In this document: piece by piece, positions 47,990 to 57,659 of the stretch
Layout: each line of letters opens with the position of its first letter
How positions within the stretch are numbered: position 1 is the first letter of the stretch
Origin: Desulfurococcales archaeon
Lineage (GTDB): Archaea; Thermoproteota; Thermoprotei_A; Sulfolobales; WANQ01
Assembly: GCA_027030065.1 (NCBI GenBank)
Contig: JALVFK010000218.1
Coordinates: 1-60,167, forward strand
DNA: 60,167 bases
Direction of reading: 5' to 3'
Position numbers and translations under genes: made by a program
Notes under the pieces: model-generated
The model's database searches: none
What the model was told of the DNA's origin: nothing
The model's input: only the letters and a program-made list of their open reading frames with translations

Positions 47990-48355
47990 ATGGAACTCCA
48001 TGAAGTGGTATCGAAGATCTTGAAGACAGGTGGCTGCCATCCCGTTGGCTCGAGAAAACTTGTAGCTCTTATAAAGAAGTTCGTTAAGGAGAACCCTCGA
48101 GAATCTATTAATGAATTACCTGAATGGAGCGTATGGCTGACTTTTATAAAAAATTTTGTAATACCAGTGATGAAGGAATTAGAAAAAATGGACTGTTGCC
48201 ATACTGCCGCAATGATTGTTGGTGCAATAATATATGAGTACCCTGAGCTAGAGGAACTAATAGACAAATGGATAAGCGATAAATGTGTTAGAGAAAACCA
48301 TCGATATTGTTGCAAAGAGCTACGGGAGTACCTCAACTTGAAGAATAAGAAATAA
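47990..48355 (+). CDS. hypothetical Cys-containing helical protein
   Basis: 121 aa. Preferred over the Ser-rich antisense ORF 47926-48336 on composition. Confidence 0.4.
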   Translation: MELHEVVSKILKTGGCHPVGSRKLVALIKKFVKENPRESINELPEWSVWLTFIKNFVIPVMKELEKMDCCHTAAMIVGAIIYEYPELEELIDKWISDKCVRENHRYCCKELREYLNLKNKK

Positions 48356-48439
48356 AGCTCACTCGCACACGTTTTAAGTTTTTATATCAGAGTATAATAC
48401 TTATATATAGTAGTTGAAACATAGTAGGAGGAGGATATC

Positions 48440-49174
48440 ATGAGCGTACAAATAGATAAAATAGAAATAGACCTAACACACGTGCCCGTAAGGCCGACAA
48501 GTAGAAAGGAAATTCAACAACTAGAGACAGCCCTAATCATAGGAACACTCTATAGACCCGAGGTAGTTGAATTAATCCGAGATCCTCTAGAACGTGCAAC
48601 ATGGGTGGACAGCTTAGCAGTTGCTGCAGCAGCCCTAGCACGAGAAAAGGCTGGATATACTATTTCTCAAATAGCAGAAGAGGTAGGAAGAAGTGAAGCT
48701 ATGATAAGAGCACACTTACAAGGAAAGACGAAAGCAGGTAGACTAGTAAAAGAAACTTATGAGCTTCTTGTAAGAGGACAATTAAAGCTTGTAGTACCAT
48801 TTACTGGCGTTAATCTAACGTTAGAAGAATATGAGAGACTAAAGAGTGCTGAAGAGGAACTTAGGAAGTTGAAGGAGAAAATAAGAGAGTTAGAAAAAGA
48901 AAACGAAGAACTTAAGAAGAAGTTGAAAGAAGCGGTTGCCGCCGAAGAAATACAAGAGAGAATAAAGGAATTTGAAGAAACTTTGAGAGAACTAGAAAAA
49001 GAGAACAGCGAACTTAGAAAGAAGCTAAAAGAATATGAAGAGAAAGTTGCAAAAGCCGATGAACTTGAAAAGAGGGTCTCAGAATTAGAAAGTGAAGTCG
49101 AGAAGTTAAAGGAGGAGTTATCAAATAAGGATAATATAATAAAGCAGATAAAAATGCTACTTGGCTGTCAGTAG
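48440..49174 (+). CDS. HTH plus long coiled-coil protein
   Basis: 244 aa with GGAGGAGG upstream. HTH-like YTISQIAEEVGRSEAMIRAHLQG. C-terminal half carries repeated (I/L)RELEKEN(E/S)EL(K/R)KKLKE heptad blocks. Confidence 0.55.
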   Translation: MSVQIDKIEIDLTHVPVRPTSRKEIQQLETALIIGTLYRPEVVELIRDPLERATWVDSLAVAAAALAREKAGYTISQIAEEVGRSEAMIRAHLQGKTKAGRLVKETYELLVRGQLKLVVPFTGVNLTLEEYERLKSAEEELRKLKEKIRELEKENEELKKKLKEAVAAEEIQERIKEFEETLRELEKENSELRKKLKEYEEKVAKADELEKRVSELESEVEKLKEELSNKDNIIKQIKMLLGCQ

Positions 49175-49252
49175 AAATAATATAGTCTCTTTTTGAGTAA
49201 GAGTCTTTTGCGGAGATAGCTTTTTATTTAGCCATGTATTAGGAGACAGTTA

Positions 49253-49669
49253 TTGTGGAGATACTTTATGCCTTGCCCATATTATCAGAACGGGGTTTGT
49301 ACTTCTCCTAAGGTACCAAAGCCTACATCAACTGTAGTGAACCCAAGTAGGTGTTTAAGTGATAGTGAATATAAGACATGTAAATATTACGTAGAACAAG
49401 AGGAGCAAAAGAATCTTGAATACTTTGGAGATAAAATAAAGAAGGAGTTGAAGCCTTACCCGCCTATACATTACCTTGAGAGACCCTTGAAGTCTGATTG
49501 TCCATATTATCAGTTGCTTAGCTTTGGTGGATACTATATAGCGAAATGTGAGATTCTTGGACGACTACTAACAAAACATGAGGTATTAATTTGCTCTAAA
49601 TATTGGGAGAGCTGCCCGATAGCTAAGTACACGCAACTATTCAGCAAAACCGCTGAAACAACTACTTAG
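49253..49669 (+). CDS. Cys-rich protein with duplicated CPYYQ motif
   Basis: 138 aa. TTG 49253 has GGAG 7 nt upstream, and there is an internal ATG at 49268. CPYYQNGVC...C...C and CPYYQ...C...C...C arrangement. Confidence 0.5.
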   Translation: MWRYFMPCPYYQNGVCTSPKVPKPTSTVVNPSRCLSDSEYKTCKYYVEQEEQKNLEYFGDKIKKELKPYPPIHYLERPLKSDCPYYQLLSFGGYYIAKCEILGRLLTKHEVLICSKYWESCPIAKYTQLFSKTAETTT

Positions 49670-49687
49670 TATTTTAGGGTTTAAAAA

Positions 49688-49984
49688 TTAAGCAGTAGAA
49701 ATAGCGTGCGAATAGCTTGGGGTATATGAGTTGAAACTACTTTGAGCTAATATCATTCTGGATACAATCTCCGAAACATCTAGTGTATCAAATAGTGTTT
49801 CATTTACGAGTACTGCTGGAGTTTTAACTTCAGGTGAAGAGCTTGGCAATATTATTAGAGTTAAACGCGTCTTCTTACCAGTATAATATGATAGGAGGAG
49901 TGCTAGTTCCTTAGCCTTTACTTCTACTTCTTCGATACCTATATCAAGTGATGTGTAAACAGTTATACTCAGCACTTGGATCAC
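49688..49984 (-). CDS. hypothetical protein
   Basis: 98-aa ORF in a gap between plus-strand genes. No family recognised. Confidence 0.3.
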   Translation of the reverse strand: MIQVLSITVYTSLDIGIEEVEVKAKELALLLSYYTGKKTRLTLIILPSSSPEVKTPAVLVNETLFDTLDVSEIVSRMILAQSSFNSYTPSYSHAISTA

Positions 49985-50050
49985 GTTTAAAGTGCTTGTT
50001 AAAGCAATGTTTTTAAGTAGATAGGCACTTCCCTGTTAGGGGTAGCTGAT

Positions 50051-50851
50051 TTGAGTTCTTTTATCAAGGAGGGAACTTTCTGGTGTAATGAAAAACCCTT
50101 ATCGCTAGCACTTCTAAATTTCGCGAAAATACGGGGTTTTTACCCTATATTGGGTATTGACGGGTTCCTTACATATAGTAGGAGAGAACTCTTAGAAGCT
50201 GATGCAAGACTCCCATATAACCTTATTCAAGGAAAAGGTGAAGTCGACATAGCTTTTTTCGATGAAAGAGTTTTAGCTATAGGTGCTGCCGCTACAACCA
50301 CATACGCATTCATAGAGTACATGAGGTTTCCTCCCAAGACCTTTGACCTTTATACGAGAATAGTCTTCGCAGATCCAGACAATGTTATAGACGCATACAA
50401 GGAGCTAACTGGTATCGGGCTGAGGTTACCAGCCCCTATTGTGGGAAAGATGTATAAAACTCTATTGCTTGTTAAATCTAATGCAAGGTTAAGAAGACTG
50501 TATCAAGAGGGTCGCAAAATAATTCTATTATCTATTGTGCCGTTTTATGCTCCAAAAAATGTTTTGAGATCCTTGCCTATTTACTTGAATAATTTAGTAA
50601 AATACATTGCAACACAACATGGAATACATGTCGATGATTTCAATATTTTTGTGATGTATCCCAACGAGTTAGGGGATAAGCCTCCAGACAAGATATACTT
50701 TAAGTGTATTACTCGCCTAAAGGAGTATGTATTGGGTGAAGAGATAATCATTGAAGATTTAATCAAAATTGTAGGTGAACTAAGAGGTTGTAGGGGTTGT
50801 CGATATATTGATATTTGTAGAAAGGCTTTCATGAAGCCCTCTAACATATAA
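50051..50851 (+). CDS. hypothetical protein
   Basis: 266 aa with TTG start. C-terminal CRGCRYIDIC. Confidence 0.45.
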   Translation: MSSFIKEGTFWCNEKPLSLALLNFAKIRGFYPILGIDGFLTYSRRELLEADARLPYNLIQGKGEVDIAFFDERVLAIGAAATTTYAFIEYMRFPPKTFDLYTRIVFADPDNVIDAYKELTGIGLRLPAPIVGKMYKTLLLVKSNARLRRLYQEGRKIILLSIVPFYAPKNVLRSLPIYLNNLVKYIATQHGIHVDDFNIFVMYPNELGDKPPDKIYFKCITRLKEYVLGEEIIIEDLIKIVGELRGCRGCRYIDICRKAFMKPSNI

Positions 50852-51784
50852 CATGAAAACTGGTAAACCAAGGATTATTGTTGTAAAGAAGGCTACTGCT
50901 CTAACAACAATCACTTGTTCGGGCGATAACACCATACTTAGACCGTATTCTGCTCCACCAGCCGCTCCTGGCGTAGGTATAGGACCCATAGCGTTGTAAA
51001 AGACTAATGCTTCTAGAGTTTGCTGTAGACTCACTTTACCAATACTGCGGGCTGCTAGTAGAAATGAGGAGAAAACTATTGTATATTTTGCTAGTGTAAC
51101 ACCGATTACCTTTATAGCAGTTCTCGTGTTAAGAGATGTAGATACGTGTTCCACCGAGCTAACCATTATGAGTAAAAGATCTAGAAACTTTCTTATAATA
51201 CCAATAGACTTATCTCTTAACCTTGAGAGAAAACCCCTTACGCTCTTTCTTCTTACCGCCAGAAATAGTATATTCCACGCAACTATATTATAAATTGAAG
51301 AAAGCAAAACAAATATAGTTATAGGAAGCCTCATTACTGCAAAGAATAATGCTGGAATATTTATGATAATTATGTCCCAGTAGTCTTCAAACAATGTAAC
51401 AGCTATGGCTCTCGACAACCTTATACCATATGATGCTAGTATTAGTGCCCTAACTGGCTCTCCTCCAACAGAGGAAGGTGTTGCTAAAGCAACTACGTTA
51501 CCCATTATCCTAGCCTTAAAAGCATCAACTATATTCATACGATATCCAACGTTCTTAAACAATATCTTTAGTCTTATAGCATCAATAACGTTAGAAAAAC
51601 CATACAATATCATTGATGCTAGCAATAGGATTGGGTCTACATGTAATAGAATATTAATATCTACATGCATAATTAACATATAAATAATCATAACAACTAC
51701 GACGACGAGGACGACGAGTAGAAGATCACGGTAGAACTTCTTGCTACGAAGAGTTTTAATAAAAACGCGTTCTAGGTCTTCCAA
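50780..51784 (-). CDS. flippase-like / LPG-synthase-TM (UPF0104) family membrane protein
   Basis: 334 aa, 8 TM. ATPSSVGGEPVRA and PTPGAAGGAEYG motifs, typical of the family. Confidence 0.65.
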   Translation of the reverse strand: MEDLERVFIKTLRSKKFYRDLLLVVLVVVVVMIIYMLIMHVDINILLHVDPILLLASMILYGFSNVIDAIRLKILFKNVGYRMNIVDAFKARIMGNVVALATPSSVGGEPVRALILASYGIRLSRAIAVTLFEDYWDIIIINIPALFFAVMRLPITIFVLLSSIYNIVAWNILFLAVRRKSVRGFLSRLRDKSIGIIRKFLDLLLIMVSSVEHVSTSLNTRTAIKVIGVTLAKYTIVFSSFLLAARSIGKVSLQQTLEALVFYNAMGPIPTPGAAGGAEYGLSMVLSPEQVIVVRAVAFFTTIILGLPVFMLYVRGLHESLSTNINISTTPTTS

Positions 51785-51789
51785 CTATA

Positions 51790-52897
51790 TTATCCTATTC
51801 TAAATCTTAGTATTCCGACTATTCCTCCAAATGTTTTCTTTATCCATTCTCCTTCGGGTATGTCATCACTTATGAAGTACACTTTTGCTCCATATTTCTT
51901 TGCTTCCTCTGCAAGCCTGTCTGCATCAATTCTATCCTCATCAATGATTAACGCCTTTAGGGCCCCCATTTTTAAAGCCTCTAATACCTCTCTTTCCCCA
52001 TATACAGCCAAACCATCATCTTTTGCTAAGTGATATTTGAATTCTTCAACTGCTTTCAACGCCTCCACATACATTTGCCCCTGTATTATATCATAGGCTT
52101 TCATTACAAGCTCTCGTAGACCCGCCTCACCTTGATACGATACATCAACTAATTGTGGCAGTATCTTCTGCTTCAATCTATATTCTAGGTAATCTCCTTT
52201 AACGAAGTCTTGTTTAGCATAACCAGGTCCGCCAACTATTATCCCCTTCAATATCCCCTTCTCCAGTAGCGGTAGGAAGTGTTTCTTAGCGTGCTCAGCT
52301 ACCCTCTTAAAGAACTCGTCAACTAGTTGCTCAATTATTCTATCATAACGTCTCTGACTCTGTCCTCCCTTATGATGTTTTCCTGGTACATATCCTTCTA
52401 ATTCCTCAAGCACCTTTAATCTAGTGCCCTGTAACAATCCTATGGTTGCAGCATCTCTTTCAATAATTAGTATACCAAAGGCTTCTCTCTCCTCAACCAT
52501 TTCTTCGAGGAATTCTATATGGAACCATTTATCAGTTCTATAGAAGAATACTGGAACTGGATCAGGTGGCGAGAATACATAACATATGAAATCTCTTGTC
52601 TGCATATCCTCTCCACAGAATACTACAAGGCCTGTGTCTGGTACTTTGGGTATTTTTGAGAGTCTATCCATAGCTGCGGTTAGTGCTCGTTGAACAGCAT
52701 CTTTAGTCCTCTTTAGCTTAATGTTATCAGTTATTGAGAGTTCTTGTCTCAATAAGTTCATAACATCGCTTATAGGTCTACCTGGAGGAATGTAGAGGCT
52801 TAACAATACTGTCGCTGGTGCTGTCCAGGTTTTAAGCTCCTTTAATATCTCCTTTAACTGCCTACGCGTTACCTTTAATCTCTCGCTAAATACTCAT
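51790..52897 (-). CDS. prf1: peptide chain release factor aRF1; full length requires a +1 frame change after codon 3
   Basis: GGQ motif ([11 protein letters not shown]), [19 protein letters not shown] (variant of NIKS). The long frame is open 51790-52893 but has no ATG/GTG/TTG before TTG 52806. ATG 52897 is one frame away and hits TAG at 52888-52886. Confidence 0.9.
52885..52891 (-). promoter_or_regulatory. candidate +1 recoding site AUU UAG C (or site of a T-run indel)
   Basis: Minus strand reads GAGGG ATG AGT ATT TAG CGA GAG. Skipping T 52888 gives [22 protein letters not shown]... Confidence 0.35.
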
Positions 52898-52931
52898 CCC
52901 TCAAACCCGGCTAGGTATGAAATAATACTTG

Positions 52932-52944
52932 CTTAAAAATTAAA
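52932..52944 (-). promoter_or_regulatory. TATA-like box upstream of prf1
   Basis: Minus strand TTTAATTTTTAAG lies 35-47 nt upstream of ATG 52897. Confidence 0.4.
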
Positions 52945-52993
52945 CTCTCCTAGAAGCAGAGCTTGCATACAAGTGTAGTGTTTTTGTCATCTA

Positions 52994-53428
52994 TTAGGGC
53001 TCGGATAGTAGTCTTAGAGAGAACACGTATTGAGTTGTAGTTGGTAGTTTTTGTCTAAGAATAGCTACTTGAGGCCTATATATTATTATTTGAGACTCGT
53101 TATTCCATTCGAGTTCAAGTATCTTTGAAACCACCATTGATTCGATCTTACCTTTTACAACTACTGCTCCCTCCCCATATTCAGGGCTTACTTCTAACAG
53201 TATTGGTAGGTAAAGTTCCTTCCATAAATGCCTCGGCGTAATTGATGCGAGTAACTCAAGCTCTCTACGCTTAAAATAATGTGTAGAGCCATCACGTAAA
53301 ACTATATGAGGAAAATCTTCTTGGAGTAGCTCTGCAAGACTACGCTTCTTATATGGTAAGTGAAGGTTCACTAAACGTAGCTCTTTTTGTAGATACTCCT
53401 CTAAGCGTGCTTCCTTTTCTGTCTTCAT
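52994..53428 (-). CDS. UPF0216/DUF61-family protein
   Basis: 144 aa. NLHLPYKKRSLAELLQEDFPHIVLRDGSTHYFKRRELELLA resembles the archaeal DUF61 signature (from memory). Confidence 0.55.
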   Translation of the reverse strand: MKTEKEARLEEYLQKELRLVNLHLPYKKRSLAELLQEDFPHIVLRDGSTHYFKRRELELLASITPRHLWKELYLPILLEVSPEYGEGAVVVKGKIESMVVSKILELEWNNESQIIIYRPQVAILRQKLPTTTQYVFSLRLLSEP

Positions 53429-53432
53429 TTTT

Positions 53433-54083
53433 TCACTCTTGTCTTCTCCTACTTAGTACTGCTTTTACTCTCTTAAGCCTTGTTTTCTCTTCTCTTTCCC
53501 TCTCATCGAACATCATTTCGAGGTACTTTATCGTTGCCTCAAGCCTAGGTATTATCACGTGTTCAAGAATGTTGACACGTCTCCTCGTACGGGCTATCTC
53601 CTTGCTTAAAAGATCTAGGGTCTTCTCATGTTCTGCTAATTCTAGAACTTTCTCTAAGATTTCCATGAACGTTTTTCTCGTTATTTCTAAGGCTATACTT
53701 GTTGAGCCTAGGGAAATAGGTGTTTTTAGTTCTTCGTATTCTTCTACTCTCCTGTAATCTATAAATGGTGCACGTACACCCATAATATTCTTCATTGCCG
53801 CATATACTTCTATTACTTTAGGTGATGTCCTCGCTATATTATCTAGCTCTCCCGCACTATGGAATATCCTTATTAGTGATTCACTAGCGTAGCCTCTCTC
53901 CAATAATTTTACAATATCCTTTCTCTCGTTAACAACTTGTCTAACACTATTAAGGAACTCTGCTACAAGAATTGTTAAACGCTCACGTAGAATTCTGTGT
54001 ATTCTCTTAGCTAGCTTTAGCCGCCGTCTAAGTCTTATTAACTCTATTTTTGTTGGTCGTACTTTTAGTATTTGCTGTGACAT
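53433..54083 (-). CDS. atpD: A/V-type ATP synthase subunit D
   Basis: 216 aa. VRPTKIELIRLRRRLKLAKR start and coiled-coil central stalk pattern. Confidence 0.9.
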   Translation of the reverse strand: MSQQILKVRPTKIELIRLRRRLKLAKRIHRILRERLTILVAEFLNSVRQVVNERKDIVKLLERGYASESLIRIFHSAGELDNIARTSPKVIEVYAAMKNIMGVRAPFIDYRRVEEYEELKTPISLGSTSIALEITRKTFMEILEKVLELAEHEKTLDLLSKEIARTRRRVNILEHVIIPRLEATIKYLEMMFDEREREEKTRLKRVKAVLSRRRQE

Positions 54084-54088
54084 TTCTC

Positions 54089-55519
54089 TTAGCCTTCACT
54101 CTTACGTTTACGGTATTTGGGATGATACTTCTTTATTATATGGCTTCTAATCTGTTTTAGTTCTTCTTCTGGTAGAATCGCTAGGAGCTCCCATGCTAGG
54201 TCTAATGTCTGCTCTATTGTTCTACGCTCGTATTCACCTTGCCTTATGAACTCGCGCTCGAATCTATCGGCAAAGGTTAGGTATTTTCTTTCTCTTTCAC
54301 TAAGGCTTTCGGCCCCCACTATTATCGAGAGTTCTCTTGCGTGGAGTCCCTCAGCATAGGCTGCGTAGAGCTGCATGAATACATCGCGGTGGTCTTCTCT
54401 AGTCTTTCCTGGACCTATACCGTCTTTCATTAGACGTGATAGAGATAATAGTACATCGAATGGTGGGTAGATGCCTTTGCGGTGGAGATCTCTTGATAGT
54501 ACTAATTGTCCCTCGGTAATATAGCCTGTTAGATCAGGTATTGGGTGCGTTATATCATCGTTGGGCATTGTTAGTATAGGCATTTGTGTAACGCTACCCT
54601 TCTTACCCCATATCCTACCCGCGCGCTCATATATTGTAGCTAAGTCCGTGTACATGTAGCCTGGATATCCTCTACGGCCTGGTACTTCTTCTCTAGCCGC
54701 GCTTAGCTCTCTGAGAGCTTCACAGTAGTTGGTCATGTCTGTTAGTATTACTAGTACGTGCATATCGTATCTCCATGCTAGGAATTCGGCTGCTGTTAAT
54801 GCTACTCTCGGTACTGCTATACGCTCTATGACCGGATCTGATGCAGTATTTATGAAGGCTATTGTACGTTCCATTGCGCCAGTTCTCCTAAAGTTTTCTA
54901 TGAAGAATCTTGCGTCGTCAAAAGTTACGCCTATTGCCGCGAAGACTACTGAGAATCTCTCCCCTTCACCTCTAACTCTTGCCTGTCTTACTATCTGCGC
55001 AGCTATACGGTTGTGAGGGAGTCCTGATCCACTGAATATTGGAAGCTTCTGGCCTCGGACAAGTGAGTTCATACCATCTATAGCTGATATACCTGTTTCT
55101 ATGAACTCTGAGGGAGGCATACGTGAAGCCGGGTTAATGGGTGAGCCATGGATATCCATGTAGTCTTCGGGAACTATCTCGGGTCCTCCATCAATGGGTC
55201 TCGCCATACCATCGAATATTCTCCCTAGCATATCTATTGATACAGGGATCTTTAGTGTCTCTCCCTTAAATCTCACACGTGATGCAGTAAGGTTTACCTC
55301 GCTTACGCCTCCAAATACTTGGATTACCGTTACCTCTCTACTTACATCTATTACTTGCCCGAGTCTTCGCTCACCGCTTTCGAGTTCTACGTCTACGATT
55401 TCACCGTATTTGACGCCGGGAACGCTTTTAACGAATAATAGTGATCCTCTAGCGCTAGTGAGACCAGTAGTTTCCCTTATGAAGAATTCTTTTTCTAATA
55501 GCCTCTCCACTTCAGCCAC
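54089..55519 (-). CDS. atpB: A/V-type ATP synthase subunit B
   Basis: 476 aa. [23 protein letters not shown] and [15 protein letters not shown] motifs. Confidence 0.97.
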   Translation of the reverse strand: MAEVERLLEKEFFIRETTGLTSARGSLLFVKSVPGVKYGEIVDVELESGERRLGQVIDVSREVTVIQVFGGVSEVNLTASRVRFKGETLKIPVSIDMLGRIFDGMARPIDGGPEIVPEDYMDIHGSPINPASRMPPSEFIETGISAIDGMNSLVRGQKLPIFSGSGLPHNRIAAQIVRQARVRGEGERFSVVFAAIGVTFDDARFFIENFRRTGAMERTIAFINTASDPVIERIAVPRVALTAAEFLAWRYDMHVLVILTDMTNYCEALRELSAAREEVPGRRGYPGYMYTDLATIYERAGRIWGKKGSVTQMPILTMPNDDITHPIPDLTGYITEGQLVLSRDLHRKGIYPPFDVLLSLSRLMKDGIGPGKTREDHRDVFMQLYAAYAEGLHARELSIIVGAESLSERERKYLTFADRFEREFIRQGEYERRTIEQTLDLAWELLAILPEEELKQIRSHIIKKYHPKYRKRKSEG

Positions 55520-57287
55520 TTATCTGCACCTCCTTTATTAATTCGTCAAACTCACGGTTGATTTGATTCCATATTTCCGTAAACTGTGATTCAAAGCCTT
55601 CATTTGGTATCTCCTTCATACGGGCTATCTTCTCTCTTACGGGTAGTTTACGTATCCTTTCTACGGGTACGCCCATCTCTATTGCCTCTTTGCCTCTCCT
55701 ATAGAACATTATTATTGATTTCATCATGTAGTGTGCTTTAAGCGGGGGACAATACGTATCTATTTCATGGAAAGCGTTCTGCTGTAAGAAGTCCTCACGT
55801 ATCATTCTCGCTACTTCTAAGACTAGTTTATCCTCTTCTGGTAGTGCTTCAGTACCAACTAGACGAACTATTTCAATTAGTTCAGCTTCCTTCTGTAAGA
55901 TTCTCATAGCTTCTTCACGCAGGCTCTTCCAGTCGTCTTTTACGGTCTTACGCCACCATTCTGCCACAGCGTCAACATATAGGCTGTAACTTATGAGCCA
56001 ATTAATGGCTGGGAAGTGTCTGCGATTAGCTAATGCTACGTCTAGAGCCCAGAACACTCTAACGTATCTTAGAGTGTTTTGTGTCACGGGCTCACTAAAA
56101 TCGGCGCCAGGTGGGCTAACCGCACCAGCAATGGATAACGAGCCTATTCTCTTAGGGGATCCAAGTGTTTCTACTCTACCCGAACGCTCATAGAATTCGG
56201 CTAAACGTGAGCCTAGATAGGCTGGGAATCCTTCTTCACCCGGCATCTCTTCTAGACGACCGCTTATTTCTCTCATTGCTTCGGCCCAACGTGATGTTGA
56301 GTCGGCAACCATTAGTACGTTGTATCCCATATCGCGGAAGTATTCTCCTATAGTGACTCCTATGAAGACGCTTGTTTCTCTAGCGGCTACAGGCATGTTA
56401 CTTGTATTAGCAATAAATACTGCTTTTTCCATTAATGGTCTACCACTTCTAGGCTCTATTAGTTTTCGAAAACTATGTAATGCATCTGCCATCTCGTTTC
56501 CACGTTCACCACAGCCGACATAGATGTTTATGTGGGTGTCCGACCACTTAGCCAATTGTTGTAACGTTACTGTTTTACCAGTACCAAACCCTCCAGGTAT
56601 AGCTGCCTTTCCACCTTTTGCGAGAGGAAACATGTAGTCTAAGACTCTCTGACCCGTAACAAGTAGTTCGCTCGGATCTATCTTCCTTACATAGGGTCTA
56701 GGCTTACGTACAGGCCATTTCTGCAACATTGTAAGATCCTTATCTCCCTCACTTGTCTTCAAGGTGATTATCTTCTCTTCTATCGTATAATCTCCTTCTG
56801 GGGCAATCCATTTCACCTCTCCCTTCACGTCCGGAGGGATCATTATCTTATGCTCTATTAGGGAAGTCTCTTGAACTACGCCTATAATGTCTCCGGGCCC
56901 TACTATATCGCCAGCCTTTACTACTGGTTTAAAGGGCCATTTCTTATCTCTAGGTAATGAGGGTAAACTTATACCTCTACGAATAAACGATCCAGCAACC
57001 TCTTCCAAACGCGTTAGAGGTCTTTGTAGACCATCATATATAGCGCCAATGAGGCCCGGACCTAGTTCGGCTACTAAAGGATTTCCAGTTCCCTCTACTT
57101 TTTCGCCTACTGTTAAACCGCTGGTATCCTCGTATACTTGAATTATTGCTCTATCTCCTTCAAGACCTATTATTTCACCTATTAATCCCTCATTTCCTAC
57201 TCTAACTACCTCATATACCATTGACCCACTCATACCTTCTGCGATCACTAGGGGACCCGAGATCCTCCAAATCCTACCTACTACCAT
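55512..57287 (-). CDS. atpA: A/V-type ATP synthase catalytic subunit A (no intein)
   Basis: 591 aa. P-loop GGFGTGKTV, plus [33 protein letters not shown]. Confidence 0.97.
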   Translation of the reverse strand: MVVGRIWRISGPLVIAEGMSGSMVYEVVRVGNEGLIGEIIGLEGDRAIIQVYEDTSGLTVGEKVEGTGNPLVAELGPGLIGAIYDGLQRPLTRLEEVAGSFIRRGISLPSLPRDKKWPFKPVVKAGDIVGPGDIIGVVQETSLIEHKIMIPPDVKGEVKWIAPEGDYTIEEKIITLKTSEGDKDLTMLQKWPVRKPRPYVRKIDPSELLVTGQRVLDYMFPLAKGGKAAIPGGFGTGKTVTLQQLAKWSDTHINIYVGCGERGNEMADALHSFRKLIEPRSGRPLMEKAVFIANTSNMPVAARETSVFIGVTIGEYFRDMGYNVLMVADSTSRWAEAMREISGRLEEMPGEEGFPAYLGSRLAEFYERSGRVETLGSPKRIGSLSIAGAVSPPGADFSEPVTQNTLRYVRVFWALDVALANRRHFPAINWLISYSLYVDAVAEWWRKTVKDDWKSLREEAMRILQKEAELIEIVRLVGTEALPEEDKLVLEVARMIREDFLQQNAFHEIDTYCPPLKAHYMMKSIIMFYRRGKEAIEMGVPVERIRKLPVREKIARMKEIPNEGFESQFTEIWNQINREFDELIKEVQISG

Positions 57288-57311
57288 GATTGAGCACCTT
57301 GAAGTTACACA

Positions 57312-57659
57312 TTATATTTCTATACTTATACCCAACACACCTTTTATTTTATTCAAATAATACGATTTAGGATCATGAGTTTTAACCTCTTGGGGGCCGG
57401 GAAGAGAGATAAATATTGGATAAACGGAATGCTTTGTCTCTTCTATAAGGTCTTGAACTATATCAAGAAACTTATTCTCTACAATGAAGACTATACGTAT
57501 ATTATTCTCTATTAGTTCTTTTATTTTACTTTTAATCTCCTTTACTACGGGCTCACCGATTCTCTCAACTTCGATAACGTCTTTTACTCCAATAATTTTG
57601 AATGCTTTTGTAAAAGCCTCAGACCCTACTACGACTACGTTTGCTTTTTCAGCTTTCAC
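57312..57659 (-). CDS. atpF: A/V-type ATP synthase subunit F
   Basis: 115 aa. VVVVGSEAFTKAFKIIGV. Confidence 0.85.
   Translation of the reverse strand: MKAEKANVVVVGSEAFTKAFKIIGVKDVIEVERIGEPVVKEIKSKIKELIENNIRIVFIVENKFLDIVQDLIEETKHSVYPIFISLPGPQEVKTHDPKSYYLNKIKGVLGISIEI

Noticed and set aside
48840-49070. Apparent repeat in DNA (gaacttaagaagaagttgaaag / gaacttagaaagaagctaaaag).
   Set aside because: It is an in-frame, imperfect duplication encoding coiled-coil heptads within a long ORF. It is not a non-coding tandem repeat or CRISPR-like array.
52886-52888. TAG in the prf1 leader as a pyrrolysine or other recoded sense codon.
   Set aside because: Reading through TAG stays in the wrong frame. 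The conserved aRF1 sequence is in the +1 frame, so sense-recoding of TAG cannot produce the protein.
55512-57287. Intein in the ATPase catalytic subunit A, as occurs in some archaea.
   Set aside because: The product is 591 aa with a contiguous P-loop and downstream motifs. No insertion is present.
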